Assembly (NCBI GenBank): GCA_026397015.1
Contig: JAPLVR010000004.1
Location: forward strand, 1 to 64,000
Direction: 5' to 3'
From: Candidatus Iainarchaeum sp.
Lineage (GTDB): Archaea > Iainarchaeota > Iainarchaeia > Iainarchaeales > JAAZKV01
Length of the DNA stretch: 64,000 nt
The position numbers and the translations under genes are program-made. Positions within the stretch are counted from its first letter, which is position 1. Each line of letters opens with the position of its first letter. This document shows, one piece after another, positions 45,924-56,030 of this stretch. The notes under the pieces were generated by a model, which worked only from the letters and a program-made list of their open reading frames with translations, was not told where the DNA came from and ran no database searches.

Positions 45924-47963
45924 ATGGATTTGAACAAATTATTTTGCCCGAAGAGCGTTGCGATTGTGGGCGCCTCCAATAAGCCTGGAAAGGTCGGTTA
46001 CGCACTGATAAAGAATCTTTGCGAAGCGAACTTTAATGGAAAAATTTATCCGATAAATTTGGAAGACAAAAAGGTACAAGGATTGAAATCATATTCATCG
46101 GTTTTAAAAGTCAAGGGATCTATTGATGCAGCAATAATTTCCATTCCCGCACAGTTCGTTCCAAAGGTGATTGAGGAGTGCGCGAAAAAGGGAACAAAGA
46201 ACGTTGTGATAATTTCTGCCGGTTTCAGCGAGGTCGGCGAAGCGGGAAAGAAACTCGAAGATGCGATAAGAAAAACGGCGCAGGAAAACAGGATGTGCAT
46301 TGTCGGACCGAACACACTAGGGGTAATAAACACTGAAAACGGATTTAACGGCTCTTTCTCGGCAAACTTTCCGAAGGAAGGGCCGATTGCGTTGGTTTCA
46401 CAAAGCGGCGCGCTCTGCACCGCAATACTAGACTGGGCAAGGCAGGAAAAAATCGGCTTCTCAAAATTCATTTCAACCGGAAACAAATCGTTCCTTGAAG
46501 AATCGCAGTATTTTTCTTACCTTGAAAAAGACAAAAAAACAAAAGCCGTTTTTGTTTACATGGAGTCTGTTAAAAACCATGAGGCATTCATCCGCGCTGC
46601 GGCAAGGCTGGCGAGAAAGAAGCCGGTCGTTTTGCTGAAAGCGGGAAGGACAAAAGCGGGGCAGGCTGCAGCAAGCTCCCACACCGGCGCAATATCCGGA
46701 GACGACGATATTTTTTCGGTGATGTGCAGAAAAACAAACATGATAAGGATAAATTCAATCGAAGGATTTTTCGACATGGCAAAGCTGCTTTCAAGGCTTA
46801 CATCAATAAAAAAATTCAGATTAGCGGTTGTGACGAACGCGGGCGGCCCAGGAGTGATTGTTGCGGATTCAGCGGGCAAGCACAATTTTCCCCTTCCGGA
46901 ATTTTCGCAGGAAACACTCAAAGTTGTAAAGCAAATCAATCCAAGCGCGCGCAATCCCCTCGACCTTATAGGGGATGCGAAGCCGATTGACTATGGAACA
47001 GCGTTAAGAGTCCTGCAGAAAGACAGAAACATAGATGTGATTTACGTTTTGCTTACTCCCCAAAGCATGACGAATCCGGAAAGGGTTGCGGACATTGTTG
47101 TCGAACTTAATAATCACAAACCGTTGATTTGTTCTTTCCTCGGCGGGACAGTGGTGAATCATCCGCGGAATTATTTGAAGCAGCACGGCATAGTCGAGTT
47201 TGAAACGCCCGAAAGGGGAATAAAGGCGCTGTCAAGGTTTGAGGATTACACGGAAAACAAAAAAAAGAAAAGAATTTTTTCCCTGAAAGTGAAGGGAAAG
47301 GCGGAAATAAGAAAAATGCTTTCGGGAAAGAAGGAGCTCACGATGCAGGAATCCTACGAGCTGCTTAAAGAATTCGGGATACCTTACCCAAAAAGCGTTT
47401 TCTTTTCCGGCAAAAAAGAATTTGAAAAACAGAAGGCGAAAATTAAGTACCCTGTTGTTCTGAAGAGCGATATCGCAAGCATTTCGCACAGCACTGACCT
47501 TGATCTCGTAAAATTAAACATCAAAAGCAAGGAAGAATTATTCGAAGAAATAACCGCAATGGAAGAAAAAATGCGAAAATTAAAAAAAGCACCGCGCTTC
47601 GTTGTACAGGAAATGGTCAAAGACGGAGAAGAAGTCATAATTTCTTCTATGACAAAGGAATTCGGAAAAGTAATTACATACGGATTAGGCGGGATATTTG
47701 TCGAAATAATGAAAGATATCTCCCAAAAAATAGCGCCGTTGACCGACGATGATGTTGAAGAAATGCTTTCGGAAGTAAAGGGGACGCAAATACTCTGCGG
47801 AGCAAGGACGAAAAAGAAATATGATGTTGAGGCGTTGAAGAAAACAATTAAGTGTCTGTCACTGCTTGCGCTGGCGCACCCTGAAATAAAAGAAATCGAA
47901 ATCAATCCATTGATTGTAACCAAAAGGGGCTGTTATGCGGTAGATGTGATGGTTGCTCTTTGA
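45924..47963 (+). CDS. ADP-forming acetate--CoA ligase, fused alpha/beta
   Basis: PKSVAIVGAS, GPNTLG, SQSGA, SSHTGA, TNAGGPG, C-terminal ATP-grasp EINPL. Confidence 0.93.
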   Translation: MDLNKLFCPKSVAIVGASNKPGKVGYALIKNLCEANFNGKIYPINLEDKKVQGLKSYSSVLKVKGSIDAAIISIPAQFVPKVIEECAKKGTKNVVIISAGFSEVGEAGKKLEDAIRKTAQENRMCIVGPNTLGVINTENGFNGSFSANFPKEGPIALVSQSGALCTAILDWARQEKIGFSKFISTGNKSFLEESQYFSYLEKDKKTKAVFVYMESVKNHEAFIRAAARLARKKPVVLLKAGRTKAGQAAASSHTGAISGDDDIFSVMCRKTNMIRINSIEGFFDMAKLLSRLTSIKKFRLAVVTNAGGPGVIVADSAGKHNFPLPEFSQETLKVVKQINPSARNPLDLIGDAKPIDYGTALRVLQKDRNIDVIYVLLTPQSMTNPERVADIVVELNNHKPLICSFLGGTVVNHPRNYLKQHGIVEFETPERGIKALSRFEDYTENKKKKRIFSLKVKGKAEIRKMLSGKKELTMQESYELLKEFGIPYPKSVFFSGKKEFEKQKAKIKYPVVLKSDIASISHSTDLDLVKLNIKSKEELFEEITAMEEKMRKLKKAPRFVVQEMVKDGEEVIISSMTKEFGKVITYGLGGIFVEIMKDISQKIAPLTDDDVEEMLSEVKGTQILCGARTKKKYDVEALKKTIKCLSLLALAHPEIKEIEINPLIVTKRGCYAVDVMVAL

Positions 47964-48018
47964 AGCGGCAATTTTTCAAATAAGCCCTCTTTTAATTTTT
48001 CTGCACCAAATTTCACTT

Positions 48019-48993
48019 ATGAAAAGAATCGGTTCGTTGAAATTGGGCGGGGAAGTTTTCCTCGCGCCGATGGCTGACTACACGAACATCGCGTTCAGAA
48101 CGCTTTGCAGGGAATACGGCGCGGCGATGGTTTACACCGAACTGATTTCGGCCAAGGCAATTGCGGTGAAAAGCGGTAAAACGTTCAAAATGATGGAAAC
48201 CAATTCGAAGGAGAGGCCGATCGCGCTGCAACTTTTCGGAAATAATCCGGATGATTTTGGAAAGGCGGTAAAAATTGCTGAGAAAATGGGGGAAAGAAAA
48301 AAAAGCGATGAACCAAATTTTACTTTTGACGCTTACGATTTAAACTGCGGCTGCTCGGTTCCAAAAGCGCTAAAGGGAAAGTATGGGGTTGCGCTAATGG
48401 AAAAGCCGAAGCTTGTGGGGGAAATAATTTCCGAAATGCGCTCAAAAACAAAAAAGCCGGTGATGCTCAAAATGCGCTTAGGATACAAAACAGAAACCTT
48501 TCTTGAAGTGGCAGAAGAGGCGGAAAAGGCAGGAGCGTTAGCAATCGCCCTGCATCCGCGCCTCGGCACGGAAGATTACTCGGAAAAGGCAAAGTGGGAA
48601 AAAATAAAGGAACTTAAAAAAAGCACGAAGATGCCCGTAATCGGCAACGGAAACATAGCAATTCCCGCAGATGTCCTTGAAATGAAAAAAGAAACGGGCT
48701 GCGACTTCGAAATGATAGGCAGGGCGGCAGTCGGAAACGCGTTCCTATTCAGACAGGCCAGCGCCCTGCTGAAAGGGGCAAATGTTCTGGTAAAATATAG
48801 GAAAGAAACTTTTGTCGAAGGAAAAAGATTTTTGGAACTGATAAATGGGTTCAAATTGGGCGTGAATGATGCGAAGCCGTATTTCATCGGCACTGCAAGA
48901 GGTTTTGAGGGTGCGGCCGAAGCAAGAAACGCCTTTGCGCTGGCAAAAAGCCTCGAAAAGATCGAAGAAATTTTTAATAAAAATTTTGGCTGA
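48019..48993 (+). CDS. tRNA-dihydrouridine synthase
   Basis: LAPMADYT, QLFG, DLNCGC, KMRLG, HPR, GNGNI, MIGRAAVGN. Confidence 0.9.
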   Translation: MKRIGSLKLGGEVFLAPMADYTNIAFRTLCREYGAAMVYTELISAKAIAVKSGKTFKMMETNSKERPIALQLFGNNPDDFGKAVKIAEKMGERKKSDEPNFTFDAYDLNCGCSVPKALKGKYGVALMEKPKLVGEIISEMRSKTKKPVMLKMRLGYKTETFLEVAEEAEKAGALAIALHPRLGTEDYSEKAKWEKIKELKKSTKMPVIGNGNIAIPADVLEMKKETGCDFEMIGRAAVGNAFLFRQASALLKGANVLVKYRKETFVEGKRFLELINGFKLGVNDAKPYFIGTARGFEGAAEARNAFALAKSLEKIEEIFNKNFG

Positions 48994-48999
48994 GAAAGC

Positions 49000-49626
49000 A
49001 TGGAGAAAACGCAGAGGATTTTCTGGAACGAATACTACAGAAAGCACGGCGAGGTTTGGAGAGGCGTCGCAGAAATCGGCGAAAAACTTGAGGGAAAAAG
49101 GGTTTTGGAGTTGGGCTGCGGGACCGGAAAAACCCTGAAGGCAATCCTTGCAAGGAAGCCGAAAAAAGTCGTTGCTGTTGATTTTTCGGAAATTGCAATT
49201 AGGATTGCGGCGGAAAAATTTTTGAAAGAAAAAAATTTAAGCATCGTGCATGCGGATTGCACCGATTTGCCCTTTGAAAGCAAAAGTTTCGACATAATTT
49301 TTTGTCATCATGTGCTTGGGGCGATGAAACTGAAAGAAAGAAAAAAATGCGTCAGCGAAATGAGAAGAATTCTCGTTGATAATGGAATTGTTATTTTTGA
49401 GGATTTTTCATCCGGCGATTTGAGGGAAAGCGGGAAAGAAATTGAAGAAAAAACGCCCCAGAAGAAGAACGGAATAATCCAGCATTTCTTTATAAAAAAA
49501 GAGGTCAAAGGGCTGTTTTCCGGCGCCGGTTTTAGGCGGGTTTCAGTAAGAAAGAAATTAAAGAGGCTGAGGCTTGGAAAGGAAACGGTTGTGAGGTCTG
49601 AAATCACGGCAAGGGCGGTGAAATAA
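49000..49626 (+). CDS. Class I SAM-dependent methyltransferase
   Basis: VLELGCGTGK, VDFS, LPFESKSFD. Confidence 0.9.
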   Translation: MEKTQRIFWNEYYRKHGEVWRGVAEIGEKLEGKRVLELGCGTGKTLKAILARKPKKVVAVDFSEIAIRIAAEKFLKEKNLSIVHADCTDLPFESKSFDIIFCHHVLGAMKLKERKKCVSEMRRILVDNGIVIFEDFSSGDLRESGKEIEEKTPQKKNGIIQHFFIKKEVKGLFSGAGFRRVSVRKKLKRLRLGKETVVRSEITARAVK

Positions 49627-49771
49627 CAAAAGCATTGCCAATTTGTGCACGCGCAGGCAAAGTAAATAATGTCAAAAAAGGGTTCGATAAAAAACACAAT
49701 TTCTTGGACATTTGCGTCGGAGTTTTCCTGCACAGCATATAAAAACGTTTTCCACACTAATTTGCTTTTAT

Positions 49772-50074
49772 ATGAAAAGTGCGAAAAATGCAAAGAAGGG
49801 AAAGGAACTCCTGTTCATAAGCGTCATCGGAAAGGACAAGAAGGGAATAGTTGCGACCATCTCGAATCACCTGTACAAAAACGGCATAAATATCGAGGAC
49901 ATAAACCAAAAGGTTATGGAAGGCTACTTTGTAATGACGATGGTGGTTGATGCTAAGGATTCAAAGAAAAGCCTTGAAAAAATAAGGGAAGAGCTTGAAG
50001 AGGTCGGCAAAAAAATGAATGTGATGGTGAGCATAAGGCACGAAAACATATTCAAAATGATGCATCGCATTTGA
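49772..50074 (+). CDS. ACT domain protein (UPF0237-like)
   Basis: ISVIGKDKKGIVA, NIEDINQ, IFKMMHRI. Usual partner of DUF711. Confidence 0.88.
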   Translation: MKSAKNAKKGKELLFISVIGKDKKGIVATISNHLYKNGINIEDINQKVMEGYFVMTMVVDAKDSKKSLEKIREELEEVGKKMNVMVSIRHENIFKMMHRI

Positions 50075-50201
50075 AGCAATAATTTTTTGCAGAATTTTTT
50101 TGGGATTTTTTGTAGGGTTTTTTTTATTGGTTTATTGGTTGTTTTTTATTTTTTGGAGTTTGATTTTTGAATTTATTTTTTGTTTTTTGAGGTGTTAAGG
50201 A

Positions 50202-51560
50202 TTGACCATTTCACTGGAAGAGGTTTATGAAACTTCAAGCATGTTTCTGCACGACAACCTTGACATAAGAACGGTAACGCTCGGAATAAATCTGAAGGGC
50301 TGTATAGATTCGGATTTCCAAAAGTTCAGGAATAAAGTTTATAAAAAAATATTTTTGAACGGCAGAAAGTTAATAGCCGAGGCAAAAAAAGTCGAGGTTA
50401 AATACGGCGTTCCGATAGTGAATAAGCGCATTTCGGTAACGCCCATAAGCCTGATAATGGAAACCCATTGCACAAAGCAGAAATATTTGCAGATGGCGTT
50501 GACGCTCGACAGGGCGGCGAAAGATTCCGGAATTGATTTTATCGGCGGCTTCGGAGCGTTCGTTCAAAAAGGAATGACAGAATCGGATGCTGTTTTGGTC
50601 GAGGCGTTGCCGGAAGTGCTTTCAAGAACCGACAGGATTTGTTCTTTCATAAATGCGGGTTCTAACGTTTCCGGGCTTAATCTCGATGCGGTCAACCTGA
50701 TTGCCGAAATGCTAAAGAAAACTTCGAAGAAAACGAAGAACGGAATCGGTTGCGCAAAATTTGTTGTTTTTGTTAACGCGCCGGAAGACAATCCTTTTAT
50801 GGCGGGCGCCTTCCATGGAATCGGCGAACCGGATTTTTCCCTCAACATAGGAATAAGCGGACCCGGCGTTGTAAGAAGCGTTATTGAAAAAAATAAGGAT
50901 TGTGATTTGACAGGGCTTTCGGAACTCGTGAAAAGGACTGTTTTCAAAATAACACGTGCCGGAGAACTGGTCGGAAGGGAGCTTGCCGAAAATATTAATG
51001 TGCCTTTTGGAGTTACCGATATTTCGCTGGCGCCGACAACAAGACCGGGAGATTCCGTTGCAAAAACGATTGAAGCATTTGGAATTGAAAGAATCGGGGC
51101 GCATGGTTCGACGCTTGCCCTTGCTCTTTTAATTGATGCCGTAAAAAAAGGCGGAGCGATGGCGAGCAGCAGTGTCGGCGGCTTAAGCGGAACATTCATT
51201 CCGATAAGCGAAGATTTGGGAATGATTGAGGCTGTTCAAAAAGGCGCGCTGAGCCTGGACAAGCTTGAGGCATTTACAGCGGTGTGTTCGGTCGGCTTGG
51301 ACATGTTTGCCGTTCCTGGAAGCACCTCGGCGGAAACAATCGCCGCGATAATAGGCGATGAGCTTTCAATCGGAATAATGAACAACAAAACTACGGCGGT
51401 AAGAATAATTCCGGTTAACGGAAAAAAACCGGGGCAATTGGTTGAATTTGGCGGCCTCCTTGGAACGGCGCCCGTAATGAAAGTAAGCAAATTTTCTTCG
51501 GCAAAGTTCATGAGGCGCGGAGGAAGAATGCCCGCGCCGATAACTAGCATGCGCAACTGA
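50202..51560 (+). CDS. UPF0210/DUF711 (PFL-like fold) protein
   Basis: LDIRTVTLGINL, VNKRISVTP, DNPFMAGAFHG, VCSVGLDM, PAPITSMRN. Confidence 0.92.
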   Translation: MTISLEEVYETSSMFLHDNLDIRTVTLGINLKGCIDSDFQKFRNKVYKKIFLNGRKLIAEAKKVEVKYGVPIVNKRISVTPISLIMETHCTKQKYLQMALTLDRAAKDSGIDFIGGFGAFVQKGMTESDAVLVEALPEVLSRTDRICSFINAGSNVSGLNLDAVNLIAEMLKKTSKKTKNGIGCAKFVVFVNAPEDNPFMAGAFHGIGEPDFSLNIGISGPGVVRSVIEKNKDCDLTGLSELVKRTVFKITRAGELVGRELAENINVPFGVTDISLAPTTRPGDSVAKTIEAFGIERIGAHGSTLALALLIDAVKKGGAMASSSVGGLSGTFIPISEDLGMIEAVQKGALSLDKLEAFTAVCSVGLDMFAVPGSTSAETIAAIIGDELSIGIMNNKTTAVRIIPVNGKKPGQLVEFGGLLGTAPVMKVSKFSSAKFMRRGGRMPAPITSMRN

Positions 51561-51622
51561 TTTGTTTGGTTTCTGGCGCATTGGTTAGTTTCTGACATTT
51601 AATTTGAAGCTTATCTTTTTCT

Positions 51623-52477
51623 TTACCTTTTTCTAAACGCTTCATCAACAAAATCAATTGTTTTTTTCAGGCGACTAATTTGCCCGAGGATATTGTTCAC
51701 TTCCGCATTAGTAAAATGTTCCCTGTTTTTTGAAACAAAATTTAGGAAGCTTTTCTGGAGCCCCATTTCCTGTTTCATTAGGGCGATTTCTTTTGCAACA
51801 TCGAGTCTTCCGAATTTTGAGAGCGCCCTCCTCCCCATGGCGACTTTTTTTATTCCATCGAGGTGTTCGTCTTTTTGAACTTCAATATTTATGCCTTCAA
51901 CTTCTTTTTCGGCGGCCGCAATATTTTTTGCCAGTCGTTTTGTTTTGAATGTCTGGCCTTCCTCAAGTTTTGTGACCTCGAGTTGCAGTTTCTGCAATTC
52001 GATATATTTCTCAAATAACGCTTTTCCAAGCCGATGGCGTACAACGCTGTTTTTAGGATTGACTTTAAGCCATTTGTTGTATTCGGAGATAGCAATCGAA
52101 TATGCCTTGTCGGCTCTGAGCGCCCTCTTAACAAGCGAGTTAATGCTTATCACATTTTTTATCTGCGCGATTACAACTTCGGTAAACACCTCTTTTGGGC
52201 TAACCCCTTTTTCTCGCATTTCACGCATCCTTTCTCCCGCTTTTTGTGAAACATTAATGTCGTCAAGCAGGCGGTCTATTTCTTTATCGCCCATTTTTGA
52301 CGCATTCTGCTTGAGGATGGAAAGTTTAAGTTTTCTGTCCCGATTAAGAAAAAGCCTTTGGCTTTTGTAGTCAGCCCTTCTGCTCAGTTCGGAGAGTTTT
52401 TTGCGCAGTTCGGCGGCCTTTTCCAGGGAATAGGGCGCACTATTTTTTTTCGGCGCGCGCTTTCGTTGGGGTTTCAT
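51623..52477 (-). CDS. Basic helical hypothetical protein
   Basis: tttatatata box ~25 nt before ATG 52477. MKPQRKRAPKK...EAFRKR. Confidence 0.7.
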   Translation of the reverse strand: MKPQRKRAPKKNSAPYSLEKAAELRKKLSELSRRADYKSQRLFLNRDRKLKLSILKQNASKMGDKEIDRLLDDINVSQKAGERMREMREKGVSPKEVFTEVVIAQIKNVISINSLVKRALRADKAYSIAISEYNKWLKVNPKNSVVRHRLGKALFEKYIELQKLQLEVTKLEEGQTFKTKRLAKNIAAAEKEVEGINIEVQKDEHLDGIKKVAMGRRALSKFGRLDVAKEIALMKQEMGLQKSFLNFVSKNREHFTNAEVNNILGQISRLKKTIDFVDEAFRKR

Positions 52478-52584
52478 CAGCAACTTGCATTGTTCAAAGT
52501 ATATATAAATATCTTTCAAAAAATTTGGCAGATTTTTTTCAAAAAAAACAGAAGAAATAAAAACTCGGCGGGCTTATCTATGTC

Positions 52585-53430
52585 ATGCGATTTTTTGACG
52601 GAAAATTTGTAAAGGAGGGCTCTATAGGCCAGTTGCTCGACAGGCTTACCTTCCTACACATTTTTTTGGTGTGGGTCGCAATCATTGTCACATTCGGCCT
52701 CGCATATTATTTTTTGGCCGGGTCTGGAAACTATCTTTCTTTCACAGCGGTAACGCAGCACCAGCCAACAATTTTTGAAACACTTTATTTTAGTTTCATC
52801 ACGGCAACCACAACAGGTTTCGGCGACATAATCCCGATAGGAACATTGTTCAGAATAATAGTCATAATGGAAGTCATTTCAGGACTGCTCCTTCTCGCAG
52901 TCGTAACTTCGAAGCTGGTTTCAATAAGGCAGGGAATAATACTCAGCGAAATATACGAAATTTCTTTCAACGAACGCCTCAACAGGTTAAGGTCCTCGCT
53001 TTTGGTTTTCAGGCAGAACCTGAACAGATTGGTTTTAAAGGCGGAAGAAGGAACGGTCAGGGACGGCGACCTCTATGATTTTTTCACCTACCTGGTTTCT
53101 TTTGAAGACCACTTGCGCGACATCACTGATTTGTTCAGCGATTCAAATGAGAACAACCTGAAAAAATCAGTTGACGAAGTCGGAGCTGAACTTATTTTCA
53201 ACAGCATTGTAAGGGCGCTTGAGCGGCTGAATGAAACGATACTTCTGCTCAACAAGGAAAAGAAAGGGTGGAAGAAGGAGCTCGTTTCCGACAGGATAAA
53301 ACGCTGCCTCGATTTGAGCGGAATTATTTGCAGCAAACTCCAGGCGTCGAAAAAAATTGACCCTAAGACTGTTGAAAAACTCTTGAAAGAAAAAGCGATT
53401 ATTGTAGGCGCGATAGAGAAGGCGGTTTAA
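52585..53430 (+). CDS. Potassium channel family protein (2TM pore domain)
   Basis: LYFSFITATTTGFGDIIP selectivity filter. Confidence 0.88.
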   Translation: MRFFDGKFVKEGSIGQLLDRLTFLHIFLVWVAIIVTFGLAYYFLAGSGNYLSFTAVTQHQPTIFETLYFSFITATTTGFGDIIPIGTLFRIIVIMEVISGLLLLAVVTSKLVSIRQGIILSEIYEISFNERLNRLRSSLLVFRQNLNRLVLKAEEGTVRDGDLYDFFTYLVSFEDHLRDITDLFSDSNENNLKKSVDEVGAELIFNSIVRALERLNETILLLNKEKKGWKKELVSDRIKRCLDLSGIICSKLQASKKIDPKTVEKLLKEKAIIVGAIEKAV

Positions 53431-53524
53431 AAACTTTTATTTTCATACTTATTTGTTTCTGAGGTTCGCGATAGAACCGTCGGAATAGTTTTTTTTGGAT
53501 TTTTTGAAAAGAGGTGTTAAAGAA

Positions 53525-53734
53525 ATGGTTTCGAAGAATGAACATTGGCATATGGGGGGCTTTTCAACCGGAGGATTGCTTTTCGGATTATTTCTCGTCG
53601 CTTGGGGAACAATCTGGATGGGGAATGACCTCGGCTGGTGGAGTATTTCATTTCCCGTAGCGCCCGCAGCAATACTTTTCATCGGATTGATGGTCGTTAT
53701 CGGCGCGATAAGAAAATTCTTTTGGTGCTGCTAA
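53525..53734 (+). CDS. Small two-TM membrane protein
   Basis: gaggtg RBS, two hydrophobic helices. Confidence 0.6.
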   Translation: MVSKNEHWHMGGFSTGGLLFGLFLVAWGTIWMGNDLGWWSISFPVAPAAILFIGLMVVIGAIRKFFWCC

Positions 53735-53780
53735 ATTCCTGGAACGGTTTTTTTCCGGCGGTGTTTTTTAACAGCCATTT

Positions 53781-54968
53781 TTATCCGTCAAGGGGGATGG
53801 CGCTCCATTTTTTTGCACCGGCTTTTTTCCAAACTTCGCTTGCCAAAAGTTTTGCCTTGTCGGTTTTTTCCCAGGGAAGTCCTTCTTTTCCGAAATGGCC
53901 GTAAGAACATGTTTTGTGGTAAATCGGCTTTCTTAAATCAAGTTCCCTCAAAATGTCGGCCGGTTTTACCGGAAAGTATTTCTTAATCAATTCAACAAGT
54001 CTTTCCTCCGGAACACAGTTGGTGCCGAAGCAGTTTACAGAGATGTTCAACGGGTCGGCAACGCCGATACAGTATGCCAGCTGAATCTCGCATTTATCCG
54101 CCAGTTTTGAAGCAACAATATTTTTCGCAATATAACGCGCGGCGTATGCGGCGCTTCTATCAACCTTTGTAGGGTCCTTTCCGGAAAAACAGCCGCCGCC
54201 GTGGCTTCCGTGGCCGCCATAACTGTCAACAATTATTTTTCTTCCCGTTAATCCCGTGTCGCCTGCCGGCCCGCCAATAACAAACCTCCCGGTCGCATTG
54301 ATAAAATATTTCGTTTTTTTGTCTACCCATTTTCCGCAAACAGGAAGAACAATTTTTTCCTTTATTTGTTTTCTCAGTTCGCCCATATTCATTTCCTTAT
54401 GGTGCGCAGCGATGACAACATTTTCAACCCTCATCGGCTTTCCATTTTCATATTCAACAGTAACTTCGGTTTTTCCGTCCGGAAGAAGGAACGGAAGCTC
54501 GCCGCTTTTCCTCGCTTCGCTCAATCTTTTTGCAAGCCTATGCGCCAGGCTTATTGGCAGTGGCATTAATTCAGGGGTATCATTTACTGCATAGCCAAAC
54601 ATCAAGCCCTGGTCGCCCGCACCCTGTTCCTTAAAATCGCCCTTTCCTTCTGTTACCCCCTGCGAGATATCCGGGCTTTGTTCATGAATCTTAATAATTA
54701 TTTCCGATTTGTCCGAGAATCCCAAGCTCTTGTCAGTGTAGCCTATTTCGGCAATTTTTTTTCTTACGACTTTTTCAAAATCGACTTTGGCCAGCGTTGT
54801 TATCTCTCCGGCGATGCAGCAGAAATTTGTTGTTACTAAAGTTTCAACCGCAACCCTGCTTTGAGAATCCTGTTCAAGGCACGCATCCAGTATCGCGTCG
54901 CTTACGCCATCACATATTTTGTCCGGATGCCCCTCTGTTACGCTTTCGGATGAAAAAAAATGCTTCAA
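53781..54968 (-). CDS. metK: S-adenosylmethionine synthetase, bacterial/eukaryotic type
   Basis: [38 protein letters not shown]. Confidence 0.96.
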   Translation of the reverse strand: MKHFFSSESVTEGHPDKICDGVSDAILDACLEQDSQSRVAVETLVTTNFCCIAGEITTLAKVDFEKVVRKKIAEIGYTDKSLGFSDKSEIIIKIHEQSPDISQGVTEGKGDFKEQGAGDQGLMFGYAVNDTPELMPLPISLAHRLAKRLSEARKSGELPFLLPDGKTEVTVEYENGKPMRVENVVIAAHHKEMNMGELRKQIKEKIVLPVCGKWVDKKTKYFINATGRFVIGGPAGDTGLTGRKIIVDSYGGHGSHGGGCFSGKDPTKVDRSAAYAARYIAKNIVASKLADKCEIQLAYCIGVADPLNISVNCFGTNCVPEERLVELIKKYFPVKPADILRELDLRKPIYHKTCSYGHFGKEGLPWEKTDKAKLLASEVWKKAGAKKWSAIPLDG

Positions 54969-55041
54969 ACAAATTACCCCCCCAAAAATTGAAATTATTC
55001 TTAACAGCCTTCGTTCTTGACGTTTTTAAAAGGATTGGTGC

Positions 55042-55176
55042 AAAAAAGGCGGCGCGTGCGCGCAAAAAGTGTGGAGGAGACAAAAGGACACAAGGCCGCA
55101 TTTGCTCCGCCCCACACCACGTGATGCAGGCGAGAACCCGCGAGATTAAACCCGCAAAAGCCTAAACCCGCACCGC
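55042..55176 (-). ncRNA. Candidate structured RNA upstream of metK
   Basis: TATA at ~55197-55206. The 5' GCGGUGCG pairs with the 3' CGCGCCGC. Two internal hairpins with G-U pairs on this strand. Ends in U6. Confidence 0.5.
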
Positions 55177-55269
55177 TAAATTTGGGCACTAACTTGTATT
55201 TAATAATTCTGTTACAAATGATGTGCTAATTCGGGTTATTTTGTTTATTATCCGATTTCTGTGGTTCGA

Positions 55270-55563
55270 TTATTTTTGAAGTCTGATTATTGATTTTATG
55301 AGCGCCTCGACTATTGCAACTATGCCGGCGCTCGCAAGGAAAGTGTAGATTATCTCATCCCCTATGCTGGTGAACGCCAGGGCGCCACCCGCAAATGCCC
55401 CTATTGCAACGGTGGTGAAGAATTTGTCTATTGAAAATTTTTCCCTCGTTCCGTCCTCCGATTTTTTTGTGCACGCTTGAAAGTACCCGGCGGTCGCGAC
55501 CGAGAGCCCACCGAGAATCCCGAGCTCGATTTCTATCGGCAATCCCATCAAAGCCATAAGCAT
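55270..55563 (-). CDS. Small membrane protein
   Basis: Three hydrophobic segments, FSIDKFFTTVAIGA motif. Confidence 0.65.
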   Translation of the reverse strand: MLMALMGLPIEIELGILGGLSVATAGYFQACTKKSEDGTREKFSIDKFFTTVAIGAFAGGALAFTSIGDEIIYTFLASAGIVAIVEALIKSIIRLQK

Positions 55564-55629
55564 CAATTCCAAGTAACATTGAATCGTTCAGTGTTTTTAT
55601 TGTTATTTGTCTCGCCAGTTTGTCCTATT

Positions 55630-55968
55630 TCACAGGGAACTGAGAAGTAACAGGGTTCCAAATGAAATGAGCGCTGAAAAAACCCATATGGAAAAAGCCT
55701 TTGACAGGTCGATACGGTAAATAAATTTGATAAGAATGAGCCTTATGAAGATTGCAAGCAGGCCTGCAAGGAAAAAAAATTCCAGAGAAACCAAAAAGAG
55801 CCCCGCGACAACAGGGCCCAAAATATGGCCGAGCGCCAGCGCAGAAATCGTTACAATCGTTGCATTGAGCAGCGTCGCGCCCTTCACCCGCGCAAAGCCT
55901 GTGCTGTAATAAAGCACAATGGTGTCGATTATGAAATTTATTACTGGCCCAAATTCTGCCATAACCAT
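55630..55968 (-). CDS. Four-TM membrane protein
   Basis: Hydrophobic ORF. tatttaaa box ~20 nt before ATG 55968. Confidence 0.65.
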   Translation of the reverse strand: MVMAEFGPVINFIIDTIVLYYSTGFARVKGATLLNATIVTISALALGHILGPVVAGLFLVSLEFFFLAGLLAIFIRLILIKFIYRIDLSKAFSIWVFSALISFGTLLLLSSL

Positions 55969-56030
55969 ATTATTTCTTTGCTGTTTAAATAGCTGACGCT
56001 TTTCAATAAAATTAATTGATGAAGATTTGT

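Noticed and set aside
55042-55176. 5S rRNA or tRNA
   Set aside because: Size is similar to 5S but the loop C CCGAAC and loop E motifs are absent, and there is no T-loop or cloverleaf.
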